64,000 bases of DNA from Oopsacas minuta (GCA_024704765.1 JAKMXF010000354.1:543690-607689); one strand, 5' to 3'. Positions 1-12,024 are shown, counted from the stretch's first letter. Notes: generated from the letters alone by a model not told the origin. Numbers and translations are program-made.

Positions 1-841
1 CTCCAAGTAGATTATGTAACGGTTCGTAGAAAGGGCCACCTTCATTAAATATAGCTAATGTAGGGAAAGTACGTGCTATATCAAAGCGTATAGATTCTAA
101 CGTATCTTCTCTACCTTTTAGAGTTTGCAAGAGATGAAGAGGTACATCAGTTTCACTCTCAACTTTCTGTGAAAAAACGCTGTCATGTATTTGAAGCTTC
201 TTCTTTGCGTGGTCTAGGAAAATACCGTACAGATCTTCAGTAACGTTAAGTTCGTTAGGTACACACAGTTTCCAGACTTCAGCACGTACCTTAGGGGGTA
301 GACCTCTCCACCAAGCTTCTTGTACTCGCTTGCTGTGAATAAACTTATCAGACCACTGAGGGAGAATTTGTTCAAGCCAGAGTTTCTGTAGATCCTCTTG
401 CTCCTGTTCTCTATGATCTTGTTTCTCTCTCATAGATACAGTCCTTTCCAAATCTCTCTTCCTCGAGCCCTCTACCATCTTCTCGTACTCTCGTAATCTC
501 TTCTTCTGCTCCTTCTGAGAGCGCTCAGGGGTACCCTTAGGACGCTGATGTAATATCAGCTGTCCTTGAGTGTCACTGTTTGTGAAGAGAGAAATAGAAC
601 GTTTTGGCTTAGATTTGCTAGCTAATTTTATATTATCAGTTGAGCTGGAAAGTTCTTCTGATCGTATAGAAAGTTTACGTGTAGTTGATGTGACGTCATC
701 ACATGTGGATATGGAAGCACCTAGAGAGCTGTGGCTTGAAGTATCAGTAGTCACTAATGAACTAGATTCATTCTGGAAATTAGAGTTTGACAGTTGATCT
801 CCTTCTGCAAATATCTCATTCGAAGATTCCAGTGCACTCAT
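1..841 (-). CDS. TBC1D14: TBC1D12/TBC1D14-like Rab-GAP (TBC domain), 5' part; runs off the window start
   Basis: Not in the ORF track (no stop in window). Manual minus-strand translation from ATG at 841 gives ...WWRGLPPKVRAEVWKLCVPNELNVTEDLY...LESIRFDIARTFPTLAIFNEGGPFYEPLHNLLG, matching the TBC1D12/14 start of the TBC domain. Confidence 0.85.
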   Translation of the reverse strand, partial: MSALESSNEIFAEGDQLSNSNFQNESSSLVTTDTSSHSSLGASISTCDDVTSTTRKLSIRSEELSSSTDNIKLASKSKPKRSISLFTNSDTQGQLILHQRPKGTPERSQKEQKKRLREYEKMVEGSRKRDLERTVSMREKQDHREQEQEDLQKLWLEQILPQWSDKFIHSKRVQEAWWRGLPPKVRAEVWKLCVPNELNVTEDLYGIFLDHAKKKLQIHDSVFSQKVESETDVPLHLLQTLKGREDTLESIRFDIARTFPTLAIFNEGGPFYEPLHNLLG

Positions 842-1506
842 TTGAATGAGGTATTCTTTTATAAAATAATTAACATTGTATGAAGTGTATCATATCGTAA
901 AAGAAATATGTATTTTGGTATATGATAATACAAAGTAGATTTTGTAAATATAAATAGGAATGTTTGAAGCTTTGTTGAGAGATAAATATTAACAATTTTT
1001 ACAACTATTATGCTTCATACTTGACGGAGTATCAATGGTGTATTATCTACGTATTTCTAATTGGGAGGGTGACGTTAGAGCTCGAGAAGGCAGATATTAC
1101 CCCGTGGGATGTAATCACGTATAATAAGTTACAAAATATTAATGATCTAGAATAGATATTTGTTTACGCGTATTTTCTAAATTTAGCTACTTTGCAAATT
1201 CTACCAAGTAATAGTAGTATAAAAGTAGATGTAAACGGAAGATGAAATTACACAGATAAGTAATAGCTTAAGCACGGGAGAATTTCTCATAACTTACATA
1301 GCTCTAAGTATAATGAACTTTGTAACTTGTGATGTAATTGAGCTAATAATAACTCGTCCAGTTTAGCATGGTATGATCATAAGATCGATCATGTTGTTGT
1401 AGGAGAGTCTACAAGTAAAAATATGTAATGCTATAACCACTGTCTTGTATTTCCCAAAACGTAGGTATAAATTTCCAGCAGAAACAGATACACACAATTA
1501 ATTGAG

Positions 1507-2725
1507 ATGAACAAGTACTATTCATATTTTATAACACTGGTACTTTCAGTGCTATTAACTTTAACTATTTGTGCTGATGAATGTATAAAGATTTCAGATT
1601 GCGCTTGTAGTACTGCGAAAAATGGTGAAATTGACTTAGCGGGCCTAGCGGGGGAGCAGGGGTATCTAGAAGCGGATAATGACCCTAAATATAAATTCCG
1701 TTTCTACCCGTGTGAAATCAAACAAGATTGGAATAATAGGTGTACCATACAGGATGGCCCAGCTCTTTGTCAGTATCTTTACAGTATAGGAGAAACTTTT
1801 AATTTGGGAAAAGTAGAAACTATGAGGGTAGAAAGCCATAGTGGACTTGTAACCGTATTTAATTATACGCAGGGCACTCCTGACGAAAAGGGTAACAGAA
1901 CCAGCGAAATTGAACTTGTATGCAATCCAAATGTAACTGAAACAGTTTTTGAATTTGTTGAAGAGCGTCCTATCATTCATTACAAATTCAGGTTAACTTC
2001 TAACAGGGTTTGTCCTGGTCTGATAGATTTAGGGTGTCAGCGAATAGACTCGTGTACATGCCAAGCGGATTATAACAAGGGATTCGTATCGGTGCATGGG
2101 TTGCTTAATAGTCTTAAGAAGGAATGGATTGAATTTGAGGATAACGAAGCATTCTACTCCTTACTACCGTGTCCAATCAAAGCAAACAGCACAGCATATA
2201 AGTACTGTGATGATATAACTGGTGGTCCAGCAGCTTGTATGAAAGCTTCAGACTTAGAGAGACTTACATTAGGTAAGAATTGTTACAACATAACTATATG
2301 GTATTCTTAGAACCTCGTTAATACCAATTCCGGATAAGACGAACAAATAGTTACACAAAATCAGGTCCTTACAATGGTCATTCAATTGCTTTTACTTCGG
2401 CGAATACGATCTCCAGATAGAGCGAACATTTGGACCGTCCGTTTGTGTTTAAATTAACGAGGTTCTATTGAAGTTTAATTATTAATTGAATAAATTCACA
2501 GGTTTGCAATCCAAAATGAGGTTTGTAGTGACGCAAAAGGAACCATTCACTACAGCAGTGGTATATTACGGAGGTACCTCTATACTAAACACGGAGAGAA
2601 AGGCAACATTAGTTTTACGCTGCGATGAAGATGTTTCAATTGCTAAGGTCGAGTACTTAGGAAGGAATCCGTTGCTTAATTATAACTTCCGTATTACGTC
2701 GAAGGACATGTGTCCTCATTGGTAA
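1507..2725 (+). CDS. Secreted two-MRH-domain (mannose-6-phosphate-receptor-homology) protein, copy 1, about 329 aa; exons 1507-2272, 2502-2725
   Basis: Signal peptide; CD-MPR/IGF2R-like Cys pattern; Q89-R131-E152/153-Y159 signature in domain 1; AG|GTAAGA donor at 2273 and cacag acceptor at 2501 join the ORFs in frame and complete domain 2; no TM segment. Confidence 0.75.
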
Positions 2726-3371
2726 TGTATTGTAAGTGTTTTTGTTATTTGTAAGATATTTATAAGTTTTACATTCAGAGTGTCAGTGTATTGTACATAA
2801 TGAAATAAATAAACTTGTGTTTCGTTAATTGACAATAAATATAGCAAAAAATAAATAATTACAATCAAACTATTATGCTTCATACTTGACGGAGTATCAA
2901 TGGTGTATTATCTACGTATTTCTAATTGGGAGGGTGACGTTAGAGCTCGAGAAGGCAGATATTACCCCGTGGGATGTAATCACGTATATTAAGTTACAAA
3001 ATATTAATGATCTAGAATAGATATTTGTTTACGCGTATTTTCTAAATTTAGCTACTCTGCAAATTCTACCAAGTAATAGTAGTATAAAAGTAGATGTAAA
3101 CGGAAGATGAAATTACACAGATAAGTAATAGCTTAAGGACGGGAGAAATTCTCATAACTTACATAGCTCTAAGTATAATGAACTTTGTAACTTGTGATGT
3201 AATTGAGCTAATAATAACTCGTCCAGTTTAGCATGGTATGATCATAAGATCGATCATGTTGTTGTAGGAGAGTCTACAAGTAAAAATATGTAATGCTATA
3301 ACCACTGTCTTGTATTTCCCAAAACGTAGGTATAAATTTCCAGCAGAAACAGATACACACAATTAATTGAG

Positions 3372-4590
3372 ATGAACAAGTACTATTCATATTTCATAAC
3401 ACTGGTACTTTCAGTGCTATTAACTTTAACTATTTGTGCTGATGAATGTATAAAGATTTCAGATTGCGCTTGTAGTACTGCGAAAAATGGTGAAGTTGAC
3501 TTAGCGGGCCTAGCGGGGGAGCAGGGGTATCTAGAAGCGGATAATGACCCTAAATATAAATTCCGTTTCTACCCGTGTGAAATCAAACAAGATTGGAATG
3601 ATAAGTGTACCATACAGGATGGCCCAGCTCTTTGTCAGTATCTTTTCAGTTCAAAAGAAACTTTTAATTTGGGAAAAGTAGAAACTATGAGGGTAGAAAG
3701 CCATAGTGGACTTGTAACCGTATTTAATTATACGCAGGGCACTCCTGACGAAAAGGGTAACAGAACCAGCGAAATTGAACTTGTATGCAATCCAAATGTA
3801 ACTGAAACAGTTTTTGAATTTGTTGAAGAGCGTCCTATCATTCATTACAAATTCAGGTTAACTTCTAACAGGGTTTGTCCTGGTCTGATAGATTTAGGGT
3901 GTCAGCGAATAGACTCGTGTACATGCCAAGCGGATTATAACAAGGGATTCGTATCGGTGCATGGGTTGCTTAATAGTCTTAAGAAGGAATGGATTGAATT
4001 TGAGGATAACGAAGCATTCTACTCCTTACTACCGTGTCCAATCAAAGCAAACAGCACAGCATATAAGTACTGTGATGATATAACTGGTGGTCCAGCAGCT
4101 TGTATGAAAGCTTCAGACTTAGAGAGACTTACATTAGGTAAGAATTGTTACAACATAACTATATGGTATTCTTAGAACCTCGTTAATACCAATTCCGGAT
4201 AAGACGAACAAATAGTTACACAAAATCAGGTCCTTACAATGGTCATTCAATTGCTTTTACTTCGGCGAATACGATCTCCAGATAGAGCGAACATTTGGAC
4301 CGTCCGTTTGTGTTTAAATTAACGAGGTTCTATTGAAGTTTAATTATTAATTGAATAAATTCACAGGTTTGCAATCCAAAATGAGGTTTGTAGTGACGCA
4401 AAAGGAACCATTCACTACAGCAGTGGTATATTACGGAGGTACCTCTATACTAAACACGGAGAGAAAGGCAACATTAGTTTTACGCTGCGATGAAGATGTT
4501 TCAATTGCTAAGGTCGAGTACTTAGGAAGGAATCCGTTGCTTAATTATAACTTCCGTATTACGTCGAAGGACATGTGTCCTCATTGGTAA
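3372..4590 (+). CDS. Secreted two-MRH-domain protein, copy 2; exons 3372-4137, 4367-4590
   Basis: Same structure as copy 1 at +1865; six amino-acid differences, all in domain 1. Confidence 0.75.
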
Positions 4591-4921
4591 TGTATTGTAA
4601 GTGTTTTTGTTATTTGTAAGATATTTATAAGTTTTACATTTAGAGTGTCAGTGTATTGTACATAATGAAATAAATAAACTTGTGTTTCGTTAATTGACAA
4701 TAAATATAGCAAAAAATAAATAATTACAATCAAAACAGTATACAAGGATAATAACCTCAAATTCAAAAGTACATTACACAATTTATATTTACAAAGAGAA
4801 ATAATTCAATAATTAAAGTAAATAAAAATGATGTAATACAAATTGTACAAAGAATTTAACAAGCTTGTAGAGTAAGTATATTCACAGAATTTAATAGAAT
4901 TCCCTATGTATATTACCTAAA

Positions 4922-6439
4922 TTATTGAATAGAAAGTTTCGCCTGCTTAATATTTACATCTTTGTTAAGACGATTGTAACGAATTGGCGTGAATAGAAGA
5001 AGAGGTATAACAATGAAGAAAGCAATAGCTTGACACCAATTCATCCATGAGGTACCGAGTTGTGGGAATTCAGCCAGTAAGAGAAATACAAATGAAGCTA
5101 TATTGTTAGCAAGAGTAAGCACCATAGTACTGGTAGCTTCAGGAACAGGATAACCTACCTCAGCACTCAATTCATAATATATACCAATACTAGAATTAAT
5201 GAATACTGTCAGCAAAATCCCAGTAGATGTGATTACGAAATAAGTCTGATTTCCTACTTGAATCATTTCATTACAGACCAAAGTGAATAATAAAGCAGTG
5301 ATTCCTCCAAGGATCATACCAATAACTAGGAAAGCCTTCTTAAATCTAGGCAATCTATCAGACGCTAAACCAGCCAAAATTGTACTAACAGCTCCTGCAA
5401 GAGTTGAATAAAACCCCAACCAGCCTACATACACTTGAGTCACTTCAATATTCTTATTCATGGAAAGATTAGGATAAAGAAACGCAGACCATGCAGAATT
5501 TACTCCTGTAGCAATACCATAACATAGAAAAATAATCCAGAAAGAGACATTAGTCAATAGTTGACGGAATGTTTGTATAAAGTTAGATCTCTGTTCTTCA
5601 GCCGTTATGCTAGGTGGATATTTAGGTTTAGATGGATAGTACACAAGAATGAGCAGAAATAGAATTACACAAACTCCTGCTAATACATATAACATGTGAT
5701 ATATGTCTGTAGTTACCTCTGATAACTCTGTAGATGTAATATTAGTGGAATTAACTTGTCTTACCATGAGGGGGCCTATGATAAATGATATAGCTACACC
5801 CATATAATTTGCAGCTCCTGCAATACCAGTAGCTAACGTTCTCTCATTGTAAGGAAACCAATTAGCAGAAATAGTAGTAGAAGCTCCCATAGAAGCAGGA
5901 CCAGCAAGTCCGTTTAAGAAGTGAGCTATGTACATTATAATGGTAGCAGCAGGATAAGATGTAGTGAATATCCTCATAACAGCTCCAATACAGGTCAAAA
6001 GCATACCCAGTAAAATACCATAACGTAATCCAAACAAATTCATAATTATGGGAAATAAAATGAAACCAGGAACAAATGCAATGGGTCCTAAATTTGTTAA
6101 CAGAGCTATAACAGATCCTCCACTATCCCATTTGTAAACTATCTCAGCAGAATCAGCTATTGGACCCCAATTATTCCAAATTAAGCCTTGCATGAAAGTA
6201 AATCCACAGAACAACAACAAGATGTAGAATCTGATAATTGATTTACGAGGCTTAAATTCAGGTTCTAACTTAAGATTACCTAACAAACTCTTATTCTCTT
6301 CTAATTCAACAGAATTAGAATCTACTGACTCATTAATGACAGAATACTCTCTAGGGATTTGAACCTTTGAATCTAGAATAGGAGATTGATGAGGAATAGC
6401 ACCATATGATGCATCTACTACTTCATCTGTATATGTCAT
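4922..6439 (-). CDS. SLC49A4: SLC49-family MFS transporter (DIRC2/SLC49A4- or FLVCR-like), copy A; likely ATG 6439
   Basis: 12-TM MFS; QGLIWNNWGPI TM1 motif; SANWFPYNERTLAT motif; N-terminal YGAI and ENKSLL lysosomal-sorting-type motifs. Confidence 0.75.
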   Translation of the reverse strand: MTYTDEVVDASYGAIPHQSPILDSKVQIPREYSVINESVDSNSVELEENKSLLGNLKLEPEFKPRKSIIRFYILLLFCGFTFMQGLIWNNWGPIADSAEIVYKWDSGGSVIALLTNLGPIAFVPGFILFPIIMNLFGLRYGILLGMLLTCIGAVMRIFTTSYPAATIIMYIAHFLNGLAGPASMGASTTISANWFPYNERTLATGIAGAANYMGVAISFIIGPLMVRQVNSTNITSTELSEVTTDIYHMLYVLAGVCVILFLLILVYYPSKPKYPPSITAEEQRSNFIQTFRQLLTNVSFWIIFLCYGIATGVNSAWSAFLYPNLSMNKNIEVTQVYVGWLGFYSTLAGAVSTILAGLASDRLPRFKKAFLVIGMILGGITALLFTLVCNEMIQVGNQTYFVITSTGILLTVFINSSIGIYYELSAEVGYPVPEATSTMVLTLANNIASFVFLLLAEFPQLGTSWMNWCQAIAFFIVIPLLLFTPIRYNRLNKDVNIKQAKLSIQ

Positions 6440-6705
6440 TAACACAGCTATGTAACAGAAATAAAACAATATTTATACAATTTGTATCAGTAAAGTAATC
6501 TCCAAACCAGGAAATTCAAAAGTATTCCAAACAGCACGGCCAGGTGAGTCGCTCAATGGACATCTAAGGAACTGATATTTTAAATTAAGAAATATATTAT
6601 TAATTAATATCCTAAAATCGAATATTTACAATAAATAAAAATTCAAAGAAAATAAAAATATATAAAATCGCGACCTGATCAATATATATAAATTTGATAC
6701 TAATC

Positions 6706-8220
6706 CTATTTCAAACCAGTACCTCCCTTGACAACAATATCTTTATTCAGACGATTGTAACGAATTGGCGTGAATAGAAGAAGAGGTATAACAATGAAGA
6801 AAGCAATAGCTTGACACCAATTCATCCATGAGGTACCGAGTTGTGGGAATTGTGCGAGCAAAAGAAATACAAATCCAGCTAGATTGTTAGCAAGAGTAAG
6901 CACTGTAGTACTGGTAACTTCAGGAACAGGATAACCTAATTCAGCACTCAATTCATAGTATATACCAATAGTAGAATTAACAAATGTTTTTAGCAATATT
7001 CCAGTTAATGTGATTACGAAATAAGTCATATTTCCTACTTTAATCATCTCATTACAGAACAAAGTGAATAACAAAGCAGTGATTCCTGCTAAAACCATTG
7101 CAGTTATAAGGAAACTCTTCTTCCATCGAGGTAATCTATCAGATATCATACCAGTCACGATAGTACTTGTAACTCCTGCAAGAGTTAAATAGAATCCTAA
7201 CCAGCCTACATACACCTGAGTTACTTTAATGCTTTTAAGCATTGATAGATTTGGATACAGAAACCCAGACCAAGCTGAGCAAACTCCTGTAGCAATACCA
7301 TAACATAGAAAAATAATCCAGAAAGAGACATTAGTCAATAGTTGACGGAATGTTTGTATAAAGTTAGATCTCTGTTCTTCAGCCGTTATGCTAGGTGGAT
7401 ATTTAGGTTTAGATGGATAGTACACAAGCATGAGTAGAAATAGAATTACACAAACTCCTGCTAATACATATAACATGTGATATATGTCTGTAGTTACCTC
7501 TGATAACTCTGTAGATGTAATATTAGTGGAATTAACTTGTCTTACCATGAGGGGGCCTATGATAAATGATATAGCTACACCAAGAGTGACAGAAGCTCCC
7601 CCAATACCAGTAGCTAACGTTCTCTCATTGTAAGGAAACCAATTAGCAGAAATAGTAGTAGAAGCTCCCATAGAAGCAGGACCAGCAAGTCCGTTTAAGA
7701 AGTGAGCTATGTACATTATAATGGTAGCAGCAGGATAAGATGTAGTGAATATCCTCATAACAGCTCCAATACAGGTCAAAAGCATACCCAGTAAAATACC
7801 ATAACGTAATCCAAACAAATTCATAATTATGGGAAATAAAATGAAACCAGGAACAAATGCAATGGGTCCTAAATTTGTTAACAGAGCTATAACAGATCCT
7901 CCACTATCCCATTTGTAAACTATCTCAGCAGAATCAGCTATTGGACCCCAATTATTCCAAATTAAGCCTTGCATGAAAGTAAATCCACAGAACAACAACA
8001 AGATGTAGAATCTGATAATTGATTTACGAGGCTTAAATTCAGGTTCTAACTTAAGATTACCTAACAAACTCTTATTCTCTTCTAATTCAACAGAATTAGA
8101 ATCTACTGACTCATTAATGACAGAATACTCTCTAGGGATTTGAACCTTTGAATCTAGAATAGGAGATTGATGAGGAATAGCACCATATGATGCATCTACT
8201 ACTTCATCTGTATATGTCAT
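6706..8220 (-). CDS. SLC49A4: SLC49-family MFS transporter, copy B; likely ATG 8220
   Basis: Paralog of copy A; N-half identical by eye, C-half diverged. The ORF-track start at 8286 is a GTG upstream of an acceptor-like site. Confidence 0.75.
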   Translation of the reverse strand: MTYTDEVVDASYGAIPHQSPILDSKVQIPREYSVINESVDSNSVELEENKSLLGNLKLEPEFKPRKSIIRFYILLLFCGFTFMQGLIWNNWGPIADSAEIVYKWDSGGSVIALLTNLGPIAFVPGFILFPIIMNLFGLRYGILLGMLLTCIGAVMRIFTTSYPAATIIMYIAHFLNGLAGPASMGASTTISANWFPYNERTLATGIGGASVTLGVAISFIIGPLMVRQVNSTNITSTELSEVTTDIYHMLYVLAGVCVILFLLMLVYYPSKPKYPPSITAEEQRSNFIQTFRQLLTNVSFWIIFLCYGIATGVCSAWSGFLYPNLSMLKSIKVTQVYVGWLGFYLTLAGVTSTIVTGMISDRLPRWKKSFLITAMVLAGITALLFTLFCNEMIKVGNMTYFVITLTGILLKTFVNSTIGIYYELSAELGYPVPEVTSTTVLTLANNLAGFVFLLLAQFPQLGTSWMNWCQAIAFFIVIPLLLFTPIRYNRLNKDIVVKGGTGLK

Positions 8221-8401
8221 TAACACAGCTATGTAACAAAATGTATAACAAACAATTTTCCAGAAACTATCAGCAACAGTGAGCACGATAGAAAGCCATT
8301 AAATAATATCTGATAATATCAAATACGTGTATTAATTATAGTACCATAATGCCAGATAAGAACACAAATACAAACCCCAATCAAGTGTCATTAGAAAATC
8401 A

Positions 8402-10381
8402 TTACATATTAGTGTCCTTAGAATGATAATGATGATAAAGACGTCTTTCTTTAATTCTATTCAAATTGATACCACTCTTTAAGACTCTGTTAGCACTGTC
8501 CCAATCATCTCCACCCCATGATGTCTGAATATCCCAGTCATCAACACCTCCTATTTGTACCCAATCAGATTTGTACATCCCTATCAAGCTATATTCCATA
8601 ACCTCCCAATAACCAAACGGATACATGAATGAGTATCCACACATGTGACGTATTGCAGCAGGCGCGTAGGCACTGTATCCTTGGAAAGTATGTTTACGGA
8701 TGCTATCAACCATGGTAGATGGAATGCCTAGGATTAGATCAGCTGTAAAGAAGATATCATTCTCATTGGGGACTTGATTAAGTGCTAAGTTCATCCCATC
8801 AATAAGAGAGAGTTCTCTTCCCACTTTAATCAATATCCAGTTCTTCAATGAGCTCTCTCTTAACAACAATTCTATGTTAATGTCTTCACTTTCAAAATCC
8901 ACTATAATTAATGAGAATCTATCATCTTGTGTATCTTCATAGATCCTCTCTACATTCTCTACCAAGTATCTCGCCCAATGTTTCGAATTCTTTATCCCAA
9001 CCATCAGATACACGAATGGTGATTCTTCTCTTCTCAGCACATAGTGTTGACAGAATCTCTCTGCTGGAATTGAATCAGAGAATAAGCTCTCACTAATTAG
9101 AGATAGCTCACTCGTGTTACTCTGTGTGTATACTAGTATTTCTATTAGATATCTAGCGATTTGAGGTTGATGAACATACTTCTCAATATTGACAATCTTA
9201 TGTAGGATTATTTTAGGGAAACTATGCTTAATTTGCTCTAGAAATGAAGCTACAACGGACAAGCCTTCCTTCTCGGATAGAAGTATGTTCCCCGAACTGA
9301 TGTCATCCTCATTCATTAGCTCAGTATTATCGTTAGGGTAGACAGATAAATATGGAACAGACAATTTCTTCAGATAAATATTGCTAATTTCATCCTCAAA
9401 AATATTGCAGTTTGGAATTGAATATGAAAACTCATCCAATCTAAGTTTTGGGTATTTGAAAAGGAAGTCTCTCTCTGAGGGAGGGTCTGGGGAAAGCGCT
9501 TGAATAACGTGACTAGGATAGGAGAAGGAGGGGTGATAGGTACTAGGCGAATATCCCTTGGGAAACGTGATCAAGTTTTCTGGTGGAATGTTCAAATACA
9601 CACTTGAACCAGGGATTTTCCACTTAACATCTATTTGGCCTGAACCATCAGTATTAACATGAATTAGCTCTATGTAATAAGGTCTATCAATGGTTAGATT
9701 AATTGGGTCGGAGTATTGAGTTGATTTAGAGTATTTCTCTCTAGCACTATAAGGACAATTGCCTGATTTGAGTTCTGAATCACAGATTGCAGCAATTAGG
9801 ATAGAATGAAGTGGATTAGGGTCATAAGATAGCCAAAACTCGATTCCGCTAGATGAGGATATGGAGAATGTGAATACCCCAGTAGCAGGCGCTATTAGAT
9901 ATCCGAAGATTCTTTGACCAAAGTTCTTAGCTGAGAATTTAGTGTTAAGAGAATTGAGAGTTAACTCAACACTTGGATTGAAAGGGAAGCCTGGAATACT
10001 CTTGAGTCTGTTCGTGTAGACTGAACAGAAATCATACCATCTATATATACTTAATTCTCCTGTAACCCCTGATAAAATATCGGAAATATTTGGAGAATCA
10101 TATTTAGTAGAATCTAATTCCTTAGATGGTGTATCTGAACTTCTAACTATCTTTTTGACATATTTCCTCGAATCGGAAATTTTAGTATCGAAATTAATTC
10201 TATTTTGCTCTTGAGATCTCTGTAATAGGCCTTGACGATACTCAATACTACGTTTATAGACAATTGGTGGAGTTTGAATAGTCATTTTGTTCACGGAATA
10301 AAATGAAACGATCCAAATGGTGGTAAAGACGAATAAAGCCAATACAATATAAATCTTTTTATTGAAAGTGATAGCTGGCAT
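8402..10381 (-). CDS. B4GALNT3: Beta-1,4-N-acetylgalactosaminyltransferase 3/4-like (PA14 + GT7 domains), type II membrane protein
   Basis: N-terminal TM; NFGQRIFGYLIAPATGVFTF..IEFWLS PA14 motif; C-terminal IGMYKSDW...WGGDDWD...LYHHYH catalytic region. Confidence 0.8.
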   Translation of the reverse strand: MPAITFNKKIYIVLALFVFTTIWIVSFYSVNKMTIQTPPIVYKRSIEYRQGLLQRSQEQNRINFDTKISDSRKYVKKIVRSSDTPSKELDSTKYDSPNISDILSGVTGELSIYRWYDFCSVYTNRLKSIPGFPFNPSVELTLNSLNTKFSAKNFGQRIFGYLIAPATGVFTFSISSSSGIEFWLSYDPNPLHSILIAAICDSELKSGNCPYSAREKYSKSTQYSDPINLTIDRPYYIELIHVNTDGSGQIDVKWKIPGSSVYLNIPPENLITFPKGYSPSTYHPSFSYPSHVIQALSPDPPSERDFLFKYPKLRLDEFSYSIPNCNIFEDEISNIYLKKLSVPYLSVYPNDNTELMNEDDISSGNILLSEKEGLSVVASFLEQIKHSFPKIILHKIVNIEKYVHQPQIARYLIEILVYTQSNTSELSLISESLFSDSIPAERFCQHYVLRREESPFVYLMVGIKNSKHWARYLVENVERIYEDTQDDRFSLIIVDFESEDINIELLLRESSLKNWILIKVGRELSLIDGMNLALNQVPNENDIFFTADLILGIPSTMVDSIRKHTFQGYSAYAPAAIRHMCGYSFMYPFGYWEVMEYSLIGMYKSDWVQIGGVDDWDIQTSWGGDDWDSANRVLKSGINLNRIKERRLYHHYHSKDTNM

Positions 10382-10667
10382 TGCAGTTGACAACTATACT
10401 TAGAAAATTAAAGTAATAAGAATAGAATTAATAAAGAATTAATACTGTGCGTTTATACAAACTACAGATTATTTGGCAGTATACGACAGCTAAATAACAT
10501 ATGTGCATAATCTGAGTGTTTATACCAGTAATCAAATTTAACAGTAAGATAATTTGGAAATAGCCAAACATACATACGAGATAATACGTAATATAGCATA
10601 GATACAATAATGCAACTAACTTGTAAGTATATATAATTTTACAAACTATACTTGCAAACACACTCTA

Positions 10668-11117
10668 TTATTTATAACCTAGCTTCCCGTTAAGCCATTC
10701 TGTCGTCATTTCCTCCGCATCTCTAAGATCGTAGGTTTTGGTAAATTTAGCCTCATTGACAATACCCTTAAGAGAGCCAGCATACAGCATAGCCTGTTCT
10801 GGATGTGCTCCTTCTGGACAGATATAGATAAATACGAGAGGATAAGTCACACGCCCATCTGCATGCTGGTAGCTGTAGCTATACGCTAGATATCGCGGAT
10901 CATTATCCGGAAGCTCTGGTACTATCTCCTCAATAGAAATGCCTTTCTGTTTGTCAGCTATATCAAAATCACACTCATCCTCAATTACAGTAGTCTTACC
11001 TTTGTTAATCTTCATTACAATAGCAGCTCTATCCTTGTCTTTACGCATATGAAACTTTTTCAACTTTTCCTTCAGTTCAGGACCGAGGGTGCAGAATTTG
11101 AGATTACTCTCTGCCAT
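10668..11117 (-). CDS. GMF: Glia maturation factor (ADF-H family)
   Basis: FCTLGPELKEKLKKF..., ELPDNDPRYLAYSY..DGRVTYPLVFIYICPEG...MLYAGS; ATG at 11117. Confidence 0.92.
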   Translation of the reverse strand: MAESNLKFCTLGPELKEKLKKFHMRKDKDRAAIVMKINKGKTTVIEDECDFDIADKQKGISIEEIVPELPDNDPRYLAYSYSYQHADGRVTYPLVFIYICPEGAHPEQAMLYAGSLKGIVNEAKFTKTYDLRDAEEMTTEWLNGKLGYK

Positions 11118-11574
11118 TAATCTAACACATATGGAGGCATAATGATACCTGAGTAACAACCATTTATGCTATGTTGCGGAGTATTAAAGTTAATTACGGG
11201 TCTCATTAGCAGTTGAATAACGAAATATTTGCATTTGCTATTATTCACGAATAACTGACATTAATTAAACCTGATTAGATATATTCCAATCATGGTAGCA
11301 GAAGACCAATTAACTCATATACGATGTTCATACTATATTTATGAATGATTAATTAAAGAATTTAGTCAGGATTTAAGTACAAAGAGTTGTGAAACAAAGC
11401 CAATAAATATCGTCTTAAAACGAATAATGAATGTTATCCATACCAACACCTCTAAATTAGTTGATCCCAGCTGGTACTCAATATACAATAATATATCAGT
11501 TGAGTAACTTATTAATTAATAATTAGATAACAAAAGTATTTACTTTAAATTAGAGAAGTAAATAATGTATGAGA

Positions 11575-12024
11575 TTAGTATATTGGTTTTATCTTGAAAT
11601 GTAAACCAATAACAGAGAATACCAGACACCTCAGATCCTGTACAAGATAGTGGAACACTTTCAAACCTTCTTCGTCCTTGCTATTCTTCACATCCATCAA
11701 AGAACCTATCTTTGAGGTAGCGAATGAGATGTGTTGGTTTCCCATTACAATTTCTAATTCCTGTCTACCTACAACATCTGGTTTAGGCCAAAGAGCGTCG
11801 TCTTCTTTACATATTTCACTGTCCACTACAAATCGACAGAGCTCGTCCAAAACTTGTTGACTGACAAACAATTCCTTACGGATCATTATATCTTTCTTAT
11901 AGTTAGAGTTGTTAGCGTAACGAAGTTTTCCATTGGGTTGGAACTCAAATTCCAGGAATTCATGTCCGAATTTGCCTTTATGCCCAACGTAGTAGCGCAA
12001 GTAGAAGTCTTTATTATGTAACAT
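11575..12024 (-). CDS. MAGOH: Mago nashi (exon junction complex core)
   Basis: [23 protein letters not shown]...[10 protein letters not shown]...[10 protein letters not shown]; intronless. Confidence 0.98.
   Translation of the reverse strand: MLHNKDFYLRYYVGHKGKFGHEFLEFEFQPNGKLRYANNSNYKKDIMIRKELFVSQQVLDELCRFVVDSEICKEDDALWPKPDVVGRQELEIVMGNQHISFATSKIGSLMDVKNSKDEEGLKVFHYLVQDLRCLVFSVIGLHFKIKPIY

Larger units (their letters stand above)
1003..4734. repeat. Head-to-tail tandem duplication, unit 1865 bp (about 1003-2867 and 2868-4734)
   Basis: Near-identical sequence at a constant 1865 offset covering upstream region, CDS, intron and 3' region; junction ...acaatcaaactattatg with only about 2 bp microhomology. 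Confidence 0.95.

Noticed and set aside
11122-11148. 27-nt GT...AG segment in the GMF 5' region
   Set aside because: About half the size of the smallest other intron candidate here (53 bp); probably a chance donor next to a real acceptor.
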